From: Octopus sinensis
Taxonomy: Eukaryota
Reading direction: 5' to 3'
Assembly (NCBI RefSeq): GCF_006345805.1
Contig: NC_043003.1
Coordinates: 44,888,001-44,952,000, forward strand
DNA: 64,000 bases
Notes under the pieces: generated by a model
Told to the model about the DNA's origin: nothing
What the model saw: only the letters and a program-made list of their open reading frames with translations
The model's database searches: none
Translations under genes and position numbers: made by a program
Shown here: one piece after another, positions 16,397 to 30,746 of the stretch
How the letters are laid out: the number at the start of each line of letters is the position of its first letter
Position numbering within the stretch: the first letter of the stretch is position 1

Positions 16397-17009
16397 TAGA
16401 TAGATATATAGATAGATATAGATATAGAGATACAGATATAGATATATACGCAAATCCCCTATTTCTGCTCGGTATTTGTGTGATTGTCTGCCCAAGTACA
16501 GTTGTATACGAGCATACGTGTGTATATATGGGTGTCTGCGTGTGTGCCTGTGTGTTTATGCGTGTGTGTCTGTGTATGTGCATGTGTATGCATATGCATG
16601 TGCATGTCTCTTATAGATATGGACGAGGGTGCAGCACTACCCATTTATCGCCCTTTTAATTCGACCCTAATCGCATACATACTACCTTGAGATAGATCTT
16701 TCCGTAGGTATGAACATCAAATTTATCCGGTATAATGCCTGTATGTTCTGAAAATGTAACTTTCCCCAATAAAGTGCACTTCGTAGTCAAGGCTCTGATG
16801 AAGCTATAGGATGATATTCTGATACTTATCTGAGAGTCTACCATATCTTATATGTAGAAAAAGCCGTAAGCTAATAAAATTCATTGCATAACCTACATTC
16901 CATTCCGTGTCAACTTTTGTTTCTGTACCACTCTATACACGTACAACATTGTGTTCTGGATCATAGTATATTGAGTTCTACAGCAGGCCATTAGTCTCGC
17001 TTTGTCTAA

Positions 17010-17075
<66 letters not shown>

Positions 17076-18323
17076 TGTGTATGTGTTTGTGTTTGACCAT
17101 GTATTATATATATATGTGTGTTTGTGTGTGTGTGTGTATAAAACTACATAAGTATAAAGACACACACACACGTACACGCTTATACAATGCATAAATGTTT
17201 GTATTTTCTTTCACTTCCAATTTAAATTTACAGATATTTTTGAATATATATCTAAACGCCTGTGTTTCAGCTTTATATAATTTAGTTTTAATAGACATTT
17301 ATAAACACAGACACGATGTCATCACTATTCGGGTTGCATTTCTTCCTTGAACTCACTTCAAATTATTGGAAGGTGATACATATATTTCTCGTCTTTAAAA
17401 TTACAGGTATACGATCTTTCGAATATCTATATAGAATCCAAGTAGAGTAGTATATTCATACTGATAAATAAGCAATACTTACATATTGAATAACGCGTTT
17501 GAACAATATGGCCATAACATTATATAATTTATAAAGAATTCTTATTAAATTCTCTTTCAATGACTGCATGTATATAACAGTAGGTGTAGAAACTCAATAC
17601 GTCTTTCAGATGTATGGCTCACTGAATTGTTCTAAATATGCGGTTGAAGGTTATCTTAGAAAGAAGGCAACTTTGTCAATTGTATTAGAAGATTATTTGA
17701 AGTAGTTAAATCAGAAATAATACGATGTCTGCAAAACTTGACTCAACATTAACCTTAACAAAATTAGAAAAATTTAAAATAAGGAAAGAATATACATAAT
17801 TAAGAAATATGTCGTACCTAACTATTACCAAATTAAAAAATATATATACATATATATTTATCGCACAACAACTAATGCAATAATAATTCGACTTCAGTAT
17901 CAGATATGAAAACAAGCAAAACAAAATCAAGAACAACAAAATTACAGTCTATAACGCAATATATCATACGAGTTGTAAACAGAAACTGCTGTCATATAAT
18001 TGAATGATTCTTTTTACGATATAATATCTTCAATAGAAATATAGTTTGTGCAACTTTATATTTCTATTTGTTAACAAACTTCTGATTTGATGCAGTAGGT
18101 ATAAAGAAAATATTTCTGGCAACATAGAAATTATTAAAGGGGAATAGATTTAGTTTATATACCATTTCTTGTTTGCTGTTTACCTTCTTTGAATTTTGGT
18201 TTCCATATATGATCGAAACTGAGTAAGTTTGAAGATCGACTAGATTTGTAAGTTCCTGTGTGTATCTCTGTGCATGTCATTAGCGTTAAATACATGAATA
18301 CGCAAACGCACAGAATTAGACCG

Positions 18324-18362
<39 letters not shown>

Positions 18363-18500
18363 ATGTATGCCTGCGTACAGATATGTGCGTAAGTTTGTGA
18401 GTCGTTTGTAACATTTGCACAAATTCAAACGAAGTAATTACAGCTAAAGTCTTTCACTTTTGTGCATGAGGGGGAAATCTGCCTGTGTGTCTATCTATCA

Positions 18501-18566
<66 letters not shown>

Positions 18567-18655
18567 ATATCTATCTATATATCTATCTATCTATATACAT
18601 ATAGACATACATACACACACACATACACACACACTACACACACTCACACACGCGA

Positions 18656-18703
<48 letters not shown>

Positions 18704-18714
18704 TTGTCCATTTG

Positions 18715-19082
18715 CCATAATTTAGTCGAAAGACACCTGTTGTTATGTCCTGTTAATATTTTTATTGTATTTTTTATTTTATTTATATTTGTGTAAATTT
18801 GTCCGTTTTTCCGTTCTTGTATTTGTATACATTCGTTGCTTTCTTACAAGGATCTAATGCTCTAAGCTTAGTTTTTTTTCTTCGGGCTGGCCAAACTGGA
18901 GCAATCTCAAGAATAATCAGCCGTAATTGCGAGGGTAATCTGGTGCTTGACTAGGGATAGAGAGCTTCGAATGACCCCCTCCTTGCTTTCTTTGTATCGT
19001 CTGTCTGGATGTTTTGTTGTTCCTTTTTGTATCACATAGCTGTCGGGATGTTTTGCGCTTCTTGTCCAATTTTGTATGTTAT

Positions 19083-19138
<56 letters not shown>

Positions 19139-19295
19139 TATGCACACAAAGGTGATTACTTGGGTACAAAACAAGGTGGAAAAACTAGTACCCGAATTTC
19201 AATGGTAGAATAATACACTAGTTATTAAAGCTGCAAAATTATCACAGAACTGTTACGCAGAGTTACACGTTCCTGTTAATCGGGCTTTAGCGATG
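18715..19295. mobile_element. Two non-coding repeat fragments between microsatellites, probably PLE terminal-repeat pieces (18715-19080 +, 19140-19295 -)
   Basis: Bounded by (TA)n/(TATG)n; minus-strand piece contains a decayed HHR-like string ccgatta-acaggaacgt-gtaa-ctctgcg-ta. Family assignment is inference. Confidence 0.35.
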
Positions 19296-19327
<32 letters not shown>

Positions 19328-19398
19328 TGTATGTATGTATGTATGTATGTATGTATGTACGTATGTATGTATGTATATATGTATGTATATATAATATT

Positions 19399-19465
<67 letters not shown>

Positions 19466-20680
19466 ATGTATGTATGTATGTATGTATGTATACAACAAAT
19501 ATCTACCTGCGTTACACTCTATATTTGTCTGTGCTGCGGAGAGCTTTGAACATTCATCCCGACAGTGTATTGGATATTCTCAGATCATCTTTACTCTTCT
19601 ACGTGCTTGCGGCTATACTCATGCACAGCTCTGTGTGTGTGGGGGGGGAGTTTGTGTTTGGGTGTCTTTGGTGCGTGTTTGTCAATGAGTCCTGTGTGAA
19701 AATATAAACATTACTCAACATATTACTTAACATATTACTCAACATAAAAACATATTACTCACCATGTATTACTAAATCGTCTTTATCATCAGTGTCTATG
19801 TATATAAAATGTACGAATTGTCATTTCAAGTTGTTGGAACAATGGCAATCCATTGAATAAACACTGTACTAAAAATTCGTTATTCACTTATTCTTAATAT
19901 AAAGGCAGAATTTTTCAGTGTATTTGAAAAAGGCATAAAATATGTCTAAGACAATGAATGCTAAATTGTCACCCACCATATGTTTTAAAAGAATCCAGTA
20001 ATATAAAATAATAGTTGATTTTATTCAAATACCCAATAAGTATTTACATACTTTACTGAATTGACAGATATTATACCTATTTCTAGAAATATTAAGTTTT
20101 CAGTTTTGACGTTAATCCTTTTAAAGCTTGAGATGGAAAATAATTTTCTTTGTTTCTTTCCTTTTCCTAATTTAATAGGGGCCCCCGAGAAGGTGGTGCT
20201 TTTAGACACATTCTATTGTGTGTCATTTCAACTAATTTCTTTTACTGCAATTAACCTTCTCATATTTACACTGTTACTTTGGTTCATAAAAAAAAAAACC
20301 CAGAGAATTCATCCTCTTCTTTACAATATGGCGCTGCCCACTATAAAGACCCATATTTGGCTCCAAACAATGATTGAATATATATTACACACCCCACTGC
20401 TTTTCCAGAAATTGCTTCCTGTCCCGCCCTTCTTTCTTCATTCACATACGAAAACGATATTACATCTCTCCCTGCTTCTGTCAGAAAATGTATTTACTTA
20501 TTTATTCATCTATTAATCCAAGAAGTTTTTTTTTTCCTTTCTTCCAATTCATACGTCATGGAATATCCTAGTTGAATATACGAACAGACATTTAAAGTTG
20601 ACATTGATTTTCACGAACTCACTCATACATAAAAATGCATATTTACACACAAACTCATACGCGCACATGCACACTCATAA

Positions 20681-20774
<94 letters not shown>

Positions 20775-22074
20775 ATATATTGTGTGTGTGTTTGTGTGTG
20801 TGTGTGTGGATGTGCGTGTGCGTGTGTGTGTGTGTGTGAGTGTGTGTGTGAGTGTATGTATATGTATGCATGAGTGTGTATAAGTGCACGAATGGGACTC
20901 TGTGTGGAATAACATGAGGACAGATGTGATCGCAAAGTCAGGAAAACTAGCTGAACTGGAGATTATCTTAAATCTTATTTAGTATATCCTCTTTTCAAAA
21001 CTTTGAAGTAAAACGCTAAATCCTTTACGTCATCTTATAGATCTGCCGTCCAGCTTGTTTAATGCTATCTAGTTAAAGGATAACTATTGAAGTATTAATA
21101 TAGAATATCCCCTATCGGTTACTGACCTCGTAAAAAGCAGTAGTGACACCCACATTAGTGTACTACTAAGGCGATATCTCTAGGAAACGCAGCGATGCTC
21201 AGTGCCGCATTTATAAACTGGGTTATCCAATTGAACGAGAGGTTTCATCAATCAATTCATTATTGCATTAGCTCATAGCGCACGTCTTCTTTCTCGTCAC
21301 TAATGCTATTAGAATATACAGTGACTTCTCTTTCCAAAGAATTGACATGAAATGAACTAGTCTTATTTAAGGTGTACACTCGCACTCATGAATCGCAATT
21401 CAAATTCTCACAAACCTTGCATTCAATAATAGTTTTCAATCGTTATAACACGTGACCGCGGACTCCAATGATTTCATTCAAAACCATGTTCAATGATCAC
21501 TTGCAGGTATCGAATTTAATATCTTATCGTGATATATGTGTGTGTGTAAATATATATATATATATGTGTGTGTGTGTGTATGTATGTATGTATGGGTACA
21601 CACACATTCACACACAGACACAATCACACTTACATACACACCCACACACATCTATATATATAAATATATATATGCAATTATAACCCATTTTATGACCTTA
21701 TAGGAGGTTCATATTGAAGTATATTTAATCTGAACAAAATACAGTATAAGGCCACATGAATTATTACAATTTAACTCTTTTTATGACGATTTGGAAAAGT
21801 CGTCAAAACGATGTCACAAGATAGTCAAGATACGATGTGCCATTACTCCTGATCAATGTATTCTGAGCTAAATTCCCCCCAGATGTCAATTTGCCTATCA
21901 TTTATTTTGAATCTATAAAATATCAGTCCAGATCAATAAATACGCTCTAAGAGCCTGAGACGAGTTGCATTGCATTATATGCTCTGTCTTGGTATTATGA
22001 ATCCAAATATCGCCTAGACTCCAGGCGCTATAAGTGATTCTCAAAAGGATAAACCGGTTATCCACAATAGTATC

Positions 22075-22311
22075 TTAAGGGGCCCTGAAAATATCTTACT
22101 TTAGTTGTATGTTTTGCAAGGCACAGCTAGGTTTCTTTCTCTAACGTTTTACATGGTTGAATATACACAAGGTAATATGTGTGAAGCAAAATAGGAATTT
22201 TGAAAGAAGTATTCATAAAACAAGTTTTTAAACAATGAATGGCTATGGGGCTCCACTGGAATAAAGTAATAATCAAATAGGTCCATATATAAGAAGTGGT
22301 TGAGAACTACA
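22075..22311. mobile_element. hAT-like MITE remnant (one TIR)
   Basis: Ends ggttgagaactacag, close to rc of CAGTGGTTCTCAACC-type hAT TIR; similar end ggttgagaaacgctg at 26121-26135. Confidence 0.35.
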
Positions 22312-22651
22312 GTTCTACAGTTTTAATTGTCAACGATGAATGTTACCTCATTTCACGTACTGCCACAACATGCAGTGTTGATACTATGAACATGAGTCTC
22401 CTGGCCCTTTACGCTAATCGACTTCACATGTGAATGGCCCAGGTGATTGCAAAAACTTAGAAATTTCTCCAGCAATGACAATAGACTAACAAAGATTTTG
22501 AATTTTGATGGCATATGGTGTAATATATTTAAGTACAACAAAATTATTTGATATAGCGTAATGCTATCGTGCTATCGTATTCTTCATACCAATTTCAGGC
22601 TGTAATACATTACATACTGCGTTCGATATATACATAGATATATACATATGA

Positions 22652-22898
22652 AGGGGCATGGTCAAGGGGTTACGGTGTTGCACTCACGATTGTTATTAGA
22701 GGGGTTGTTGCGTTAAGTTCTTGAGCAAAACAGATCCTCTCACGTTGGCCTTCTATCACTTTGACGCAACATTCACTTGATAGTGAGAATAAGCTGAAGT
22801 GTGACTCGAACATTTGATCACTATAAACAAATCATTCGTGCAGGTCGTTCGGCAAAAGCTAAACACTGATACATTGTATTTCGCGGGAGAATCCACCA
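22652..22898 (+). mobile_element. Decayed tRNA-derived SINE (family B-like head)
   Basis: ...gttacggtgttgcactcacgat...ttcttgagcaaaaca...cacgttg matches head/core of 7631-7745. Confidence 0.55.
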
Positions 22899-23768
22899 TG
22901 TGCTGAGTGTGTGTGTGTGTTTGTATGTGTATTATGTGTGTGTGTGTGTGTGCGCGCGTACCTATTTTTGCATGTATGTATGTTGAAACACAATTATAGA
23001 ATATGGTTTAATGACGACTTCTGTAACTGGATAATGCATCTTTTCTCATAATGTTATTTATTATAATAATAAATGAAATATGAAGCTATGAAGACAACTG
23101 TAGTATTTTTTATATATATGATTTTCATATAGGTTGAAATAGAATTATGCATTTCAATATCAGATGTAATTATACATAATTCTACCGTACACCATTCTAT
23201 AATTTTTATCTTCTGGAAAACGAGTGAATAGAAAGATGTGATGATATGCTTTATGATGGACGTCTATAACGCGTTACCAAAATATATTTTACGATAAGCA
23301 ATCTACAAGTTACAATGATCATTTTTGTATTAAATGATCATATATGTATTAAACATATATTGTAACAGTTAAATGCAAAATCACACATGTGAAATAAGTT
23401 GTTATTAATTCGGTCATTGTAGCTAAAATATCAGTTTTAGGAAAGTGTGCCGTGTTTTTTAATATATGTTTGTGTCAGCCTTTCCGCCAGATTGATCTCC
23501 TATTATGTGTTTCTCTCCTTAAGTCAACACATTTACAGATTAGATTTGATCTCAGAAGTATTTAATTTTATCAAGAGATAATAACTCTTGTAACGCTTTG
23601 AGTTAAAACCAGCCAAATTGTGGTAACGTGAAAATATTCCCGACCATTCTAAAATTGATTTTGATATTCCAAAAGCTAACGATGATAATTATATTCGTTA
23701 AAAAAAGAATAAAAGAACGTCACATACATACATACATACATACATACATACATACATACATACATACA

Positions 23769-23800
<32 letters not shown>

Positions 23801-24067
23801 CATACAATAACACACCAGCTCGTAACGATCAAATACTGAAGACTAGTCACTTGATCTGTATAAGATTCATTGTAGTCACCGGCTTCCAATGGATTTTATT
23901 TGAAATTAGATGAGTAATTTATTATCAAACGAAATGAAGTAGAAACAATTCTTTTCATTGGAAATATTTGTTGAATGACAGAAAATTTCCTTTGGTAATT
24001 CAACACTGTATTCATTTTACAACAAACACTAACGCCATTTCTATTATGTGATAACTATATATATGTT

Positions 24068-24280
24068 GCAGGCGGTTGGGCAGAATAGTCACAGCGTTGA
24101 ACAAATTAACATGTAACTGTTACTGTCAGTTATGTTCTAATTTCAAATCCCGCCGAAGCCTGCTTGAGTTTATCCTTCTTTGGGCCGTTAATATAAACTG
24201 CTTGTAAAAAACTGAGTTAATATGATCCATGGTTCATTTTCCCCAAATGTGTGGCTTTGTGCCTATGTTAAATATTATTT
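24068..24280 (+). mobile_element. Decayed SINE family C
   Basis: ggcagaatagtcacagcgttgaacaaat...ttcaaatcccgccgaag...ggctttgtgcctatgtta matches 29265-29845. Confidence 0.6.
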
Positions 24281-25481
24281 CGATTTTGTATGTTTTGGTT
24301 CTCTTACTATTAAAGATATAAAATATTAGCACAAGATGAAACACGACTACAAAATTAAAGATGCATTCATTTCTGTAGACTCTTGCAATTGACTAGACTT
24401 AAGTACTTATTATTATATCATTAAGTCGAAATCGATATCTAATATCGAATCTCTTAGTGAGTGAATAACGGACAGAACTGTTTAATGTCATTAAGTCAAT
24501 GTTCGAATAAAACTCTGTAAACTGGCAAAGTTGATATCCACATTAACTTTCAAACGTGATTTTGCTTGATCTCTCACTAGCTCACAGGAATTGTGCATGA
24601 GTTGGATCTCACTACGTAGTTATCAAAGAAATGTAAGATATGTTCGCCTTTATCACGCAAAATTACTTACAGATATTTATTTGCACTAGTCGATTAATTT
24701 GATTTCCGTTCTTGAGTAGCACTTATTTTACTAACCAAGCGAAGGCAAGAATACAAGTGTGCCATGTTTTCAGCCCTTAGATTCTAAACGGCCAGAAATA
24801 ATACAAAATATCTTTTCTCAGATTTTCTGTAGGTTTTAACAACTTTCCAGCTTGATGTACAAGAAGTATATAATTATTATTGTAATTTATCGGGTAGCAA
24901 CTGAAAATTAAACGTATTTTACATTATTTAGATTTATTTCCAATAATGTAGAGTAACAGATTCGGGAAAAAATATGGAAAAGATAATTTATGGTGTTTAC
25001 ATGCATTTTTACAGTTTGAATTCAAGTAACATTGATTTTCATTGCTATGAAATACGAAAATAAGTTCAGGGTGAATGATCAGCTTGATTACATGAACGAA
25101 ACGCATCCGAAATATTAACGACATTTACACATGTGATAAATTCACCTGTTTCATTTCTACATCTTCCTCTATCTCTCACACACTGTATATTGATTTCTGT
25201 GGTTATGTCTATGAATATGTATCGGCATTATTACTCAAGTTGTTGAAAATTATAGAGCATTTACCTATGGTAGGATTCTATATATCAAATACACTAAACG
25301 CTTTAAATCTCCTGTGAATGCGACTTCAAGTTTGACCATCCTTGGTTTCAGCTAATTGTTGAAAAGCGAAACTTTGAGCATTGTCATACATACATATTAC
25401 TTGCAGACATGCATACACAAATGCGTGTGTATTTGTGTGTGTGTGTGTGTGATTGTGTGTGTATGTAAATAGGTATACTAA

Positions 25482-25742
25482 TCTATAATATAAATTAGGG
25501 ATAGGCGATCGTTCTATTCTTTCTTGTCTTGAGGTTCACAGCCAAACGGCTGAGTGGATTCGCGTGACAAATGACACACATGTGGAGATGGGTGCATAAA
25601 TAGGGAATGCAGTTTGTATTTTTTCCTAGCCCCCACAGCTACCGAGAGAATGGATTTAAACTTTTTCTAATGGAATTCCCTTATTTGCTCCGCCATTAAA
25701 ACAGCTAGTTGCTCACACAGCCGGCATATACCATTTTGCTAG
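25482..25742 (+). mobile_element. Non-autonomous Helitron-like element
   Basis: A|TCTATAATATAAA 5' end and CTAG 3' end; subterminal hairpin degenerate. Confidence 0.4.
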
Positions 25743-26226
25743 CAACAAGGGGAGTAAAGGATGACAGTCAGCCGAAATTTTCGCTATGTTGTCTCTCTTC
25801 TTCTCTCTCACACACACAAGTGCAAGCACACACGTACACACACACACATACACACATACACGTCCATTTCATAATTCTTCTTTCAATTTCTGCTCTCTGC
25901 AAATAAGGCTTTTTACGGATACAACTGCTTACAAACATAGGGATTAATGTAGAATTTATTTTAATGTTCAAAATTGAATCAATGTTTTAATGATTAGACA
26001 GAGGTCCAATAGAGTAGCTCTCAGAAACAGACTACGTACAAATTCTTTCTTCACAACTCCTGAAGCCCTTTTCTGACAAGTGTGGAGGCTCCTTTCAAAA
26101 CAGGGAAATCGAAATGGTAAGGTTGAGAAACGCTGTTATAGATTATGCTCAACCGAAAACGATCACAGCTATATCATCCTAACAGACCGGGTGAAACCTG
26201 GTTACCTGCAAATATATATATATAAT

Positions 26227-26297
<71 letters not shown>

Positions 26298-26298
26298 T

Positions 26299-26341
<43 letters not shown>

Positions 26342-26376
26342 AATATATATATATATATATACATATATATAGATAC

Positions 26377-26407
<31 letters not shown>

Positions 26408-27732
26408 TTCATCTATGTAATTTACATATATACACATATGTTTATATTACATGCATACTTATATATTTGTGTGAGTGTGTACCTAAGTGTGTGTGTGTGT
26501 GCGTATGCGTGTTAAAAATAAATCCAGAGCAGTCAAAGGCACTTTAAACAGTTAAAAGTACAATAATATCATTACGGTACGTTATAAAGTTCATGTAATT
26601 AGTGTGCAGCTGGATTTTTGTGAAATTAATTAGTGTAAGATAGCAGGTGTAACTCTGTCATCCAGAAGTGCCCTCTGTCTGTCCGTAAGCTTTCCCGGCG
26701 TAAATATATCCAAGTATTCACTCACTAATTCTTCTAAAGGCAATCGGATCCCTCTCCCTCTCTCTCTCTATCACCGTATCTATCTCCCTCTTCCTCTTCC
26801 TCTCTCACCCCACTCTTTCACTTTATTTTTTATTGAATTGCGTACAAAAATGTTATAGCAGTTCAGAAGAACTTGCGCAGATTGATAGTGCTATGCATAT
26901 GTGTATTTAGAATCAGTAAAGCTAGGAATACGTTCATTATATTTTTTACGACTATATTCAACTTTACGTTCGGTCATGTGATTTCGTTGAGTTTCTGATA
27001 GAAGTATACACTGAAAATTTCCTCATGCTGCGTTTCGGGGTTTTATATACAACTCCCATGCTAGGATGTGAACACTTTCAATGCTTTTACTTTTAGAGTC
27101 ACCAAATCAGACTTCAATAGAGAATGCAAATCAGCCCGCACATCTATTAGGTACAAATATTTGAATATAAGTGTATATGTGCACAAACAAACAATGATAC
27201 TCACAGGCATCACCCACTAACGAATACATATACTGATAACACTGAGTTAATTTGGGACTTAAAGTTTCGCCTTTGGCGGTTTGTTCAATCACGTTCTGAA
27301 TATGCCGTTAAAAACAAAAGTCGTATCCCAATCAAGTCAATAATACCAATAAAATTTATTCTAGTAAATATATGGAATCCCACTATTAATCTATGTTTTG
27401 ATGTTTTCTATACCAAATGATACATTCGTACAAATACGAATATCAAAGTCACACAGAGAAATAATCACCTGTTCACAGAGACACGTACAGATATATATGT
27501 GCGGATTTTTGCGCGTATATGTCTGTATTATTTACAGTCTCAATATGATTTTATTATAATGAAATTAGATACACCATGATGCCGTGCGAAGAACGCAATA
27601 TATGTCTGGGTGTGTATATGTGTGTGCGCATATGTGTGTGTATGTATGCAAGTATGTACGTGTCATATATATATGTATGTAGATATATATATATACATAT
27701 ATATATGTATGTACATATATATATGTACGTAC

Positions 27733-27772
<40 letters not shown>

Positions 27773-27773
27773 G

Positions 27774-27813
<40 letters not shown>

Positions 27814-28422
27814 AGTGTATGTCTGTATTTATGCATGTAAATGTAACGTAAATACAAACACAGGGACAACCAAAATCACAGACATATACATTTATATATT
27901 CAAACGTATACACATACACATACATAGGCATAAATCCTTAGTTGTGTGTGTTTATGTATGTGTACGTGTGTATATGTCCATGTATATTCTTTTGTGCATG
28001 TGTGTTTGCGTGTGTGTATGTGTATGCGTGTGTCTGTCTGTGTGCGTGTGTGTGTGTGTGTCTTTGTGTGTAATTCATTTTCTTTATTTCATACATTTCA
28101 TGGCTTTCATTTCCATTTGTCTGAAACCATATTATATACGTTTGGAAACATCAGAAGAATCAGAAAATTCAGAGAGAATATTTATCCATTTCTTCATTTC
28201 ACTCTTATAAGACAAAATGAATAACAATTATTGTTTGGTATTGGTTATTCAGGAATGTCCAATCAAAGATGTAATACAGTTGGTAGCTGGAGAAACGCTA
28301 CCATTCCATGCATAATGTGTTTGATAATATAGGATGGATGCTAACAAGCTCCTGGTTTTGAGTAAAAGGAAATGCAAGTGGATCAGTTAATTGTGATTTT
28401 ATTCAGCATATTCCCCTCTCAG

Positions 28423-28546
28423 ATTCACGTATTTAATGCAGCGGTCTTTCAGTTTTTCTAAGCCCTGTAGAAGAACTCGGAAGTTTGTGCCTCCGACTTG
28501 GCCGTTCGGTAAACTCATAAAGCCAGGAACGTTTGAGCACATGCTC
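28423..28546 (+). CDS. Candidate isolated internal coding exon (unknown gene)
   Basis: Acceptor ttcccctctcag, donor gtacgt, single open frame xFTYLMQRSFSFSKPCRRTRKFVPPTWPFGKLIKPGTFEHML, higher GC than flanks; no recognised homolog. Confidence 0.25.
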
Positions 28547-28584
28547 GTACGTGTCCTTCACTCGTTATAGAAGAAAAAGAAATG

Positions 28585-28812
28585 TTTCCTTCTCCAGCCA
28601 TGCCAGGCTCATAAGGGCCGGTTCCCTGATTTCAGTGGCGTACAGATTACCCCCACCCACTGCGATCCGTCGCAGGTTTATTCATTTTTGCCAGCTGAGT
28701 GGTGTGGAGCAACGGGAAATGAAATGTTTTGCTCAAGAACACAACGCGTGGTCGGTCAATGAATCGAAACCACAATCTTGTGATCATCGGTCCAACACCT
28801 TAAACACTAAGT
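28585..28812 (-). mobile_element. tRNA-derived SINE (family B-type head, different tail)
   Basis: rc of cattttgccagctgagtgg..tggagcaacg..gaaat..gctcaagaacacaacgcg..gaatcgaa matches 7640-7768. Confidence 0.75.
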
Positions 28813-29264
28813 CACCCAACTCCACCCTTCACTGATTAACGTAACCCTTTTCACAATGATTTATGAAATATTTAGAGAGCATAAAGCATTTACTTACATG
28901 TGTGTGTGTTTTAGTGTGTGTGTATGTGTGTGTGTGTGTGCGTGCATGTGCATGCGTGTGTGTGTGCATGTGTGTGTGTGAGTGCGTGTGTGTATGTGTA
29001 CGTTTGTGAGTGCTTGGATGTGAGTGTGTGCTTGCATGCGTGCGAGCGTGCGTGCGTGCGTACGTGTGTATCTGTAATGCTACTCACGTACAAAGCATAA
29101 AATATTCAATGCCGAGGAGAGTGTTTTTATTTCATTATTTCAGCTGCATTTTTCTGGCATTAATTACAACATAACAATGAATTAGGTTATCAGTGTAGCC
29201 GAAAGACGACATATCCTTGGATGTGATCAGAATGCATCGACATTAATTTTGTTTGCCTAAGGTA

Positions 29265-29845
29265 GTAATCTGGCAAAAACGTTAACAAGCCGGGCGAAGT
29301 GCTTAGCAGTATTTCGCCTGTCTTTGTGTTCTGAGTTCAATTTCCGCCGAGGTCGTCTTTGCTTTTCATTCTTTCGGGGTCGATTAAATAAGTACCAGTT
29401 ACGCACTGGGGTCGATATAATCGACTTAATCCGTTTGTTTGTCCTTGTTTGTCCTTTCTGTGTTTAGCCCCTTGTGGGTAGTAAAGAAATAGGCATTTCG
29501 CCTGTCTTTATGTTCTGAGTTCAATTTCCGCCGAGGTCGACTTTGCTTTTCATCCTTTCGGGGTCGATTAAATAAGTACCAGTTACGCACTGGGGTCGAT
29601 ATAATCGACTTAATCCGTTTGTTTCTCCTTGTCTGTCCTTTCTGTGTTTAGCCCCTTGTGAGTAGTAAAGAAATAGGCATTTCATCTGTCTTTACGTTCT
29701 GAGTTCAAATTCCGTAGAAGTCGACTTTGCATTTCATCCTTTGAAGTCATAAAATTATGTACTAGTTGCGAACAGGAGTCAATCTAATCGATTGGACCCC
29801 TCATCAAAAATTTCGGGCCTTGTGCCTAGAGTAGAAAAGATTAAT
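29265..29845 (+). mobile_element. SINE family C composite with 184-bp tandem units
   Basis: Units start at 29311, 29495, 29679 (atttc(g/a)(c/t)ctgtcttt..gttctgagttcaa); first two end gtagtaaagaaataggc, third is more diverged with a different tail. Confidence 0.85.
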
Positions 29846-30339
29846 TTTGTTGGCCTGATTTCCAGTCAGTCTGTTTATCTATCTGTATGTCTCGTTCTCT
29901 CTATGTATTCATGTGTGCCTATGTGTGTATCAGTGTGCATGTCCCCGTGTGTTTGTAAATATATGTGTGTGTGTACGTGTGGTTGTGTGTACATGTGTGA
30001 GTATAAGTGTACATCTGTGTATGTATGGGCGTCTTAAATCACAAAGCTAGTTTGCAACTTTTCCACACCTAGGTCCTTTGTTCTCCGAGCACATAACAGC
30101 ATAACATGAAACAACTGCGCCACAAAGTCGCATTCACTGCCATAAATTCCTAAACCACGCTATTTTCACCAAAGTCAGGTTCACCAATTGTCATATTTAT
30201 GTGTTAAAAAATTCTGTACAGGATAACTATTAATAAAAACCCTTAAACAAACAAACTTACTCACCAAGTATTTCCAGACAACTAAATATTGAAGCTCACA
30301 AATAGATACCAACATAAACCAAAGTATCTTTTATATTTT

Positions 30340-30746
30340 ACCTATTTCAGTCATTTGACTGCGGCCATACTGGAGCACTGCCTGTTAGTCGAAGAAATCG
30401 ACCCAAGAACTTATTCTTTGTAATCCTGGTTCTTATTCAATCGGTCACTTTTGCCGAAACGCACCAATATCGGTGGTCAAGCGATGGAGGAGGGACAAAC
30501 ACAGACATAGAGACACAGAGACACATACACACATAAATACACACACACACACATGCACACAAACGCACGCATACGGACACACACACACAAACACATAAAT
30601 ATACGAAGAGCTATCAGTTTCCATCTACCAAATCCACTCACAAGGATCTGGGCAGCCCGAGTCTATAGTAGAAGACACCTGCCCAAGTTGCCACGCAGTG
30701 GAACTGAACCCGGAACCATGTGGTTTGGGAGCAAGATTCTTACCGC
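30340..30746 (-). mobile_element. tRNA-derived SINE family A
   Basis: Reverse complement matches 7056-7550 head and tail with central (CA)n. Confidence 0.85.

Noticed and set aside
17360-17705. ATG8-like YSKDRIPVI (minus) and SDR-like CSKYAVEG (plus) snippets
   Set aside because: Matches of under 10 residues followed by stops; likely coincidental.
19706-19775. Short minisatellites (catattactcaa-type here; 27-bp duplications at 6454-6501 and 34003-34056; 14-bp at 38555-38586)
   Set aside because: Ordinary slippage products with no additional structure.
29311-29780. CRISPR-like array
   Set aside because: 184-bp SINE-derived tandem units without unique spacers; eukaryotic context, no cas genes.
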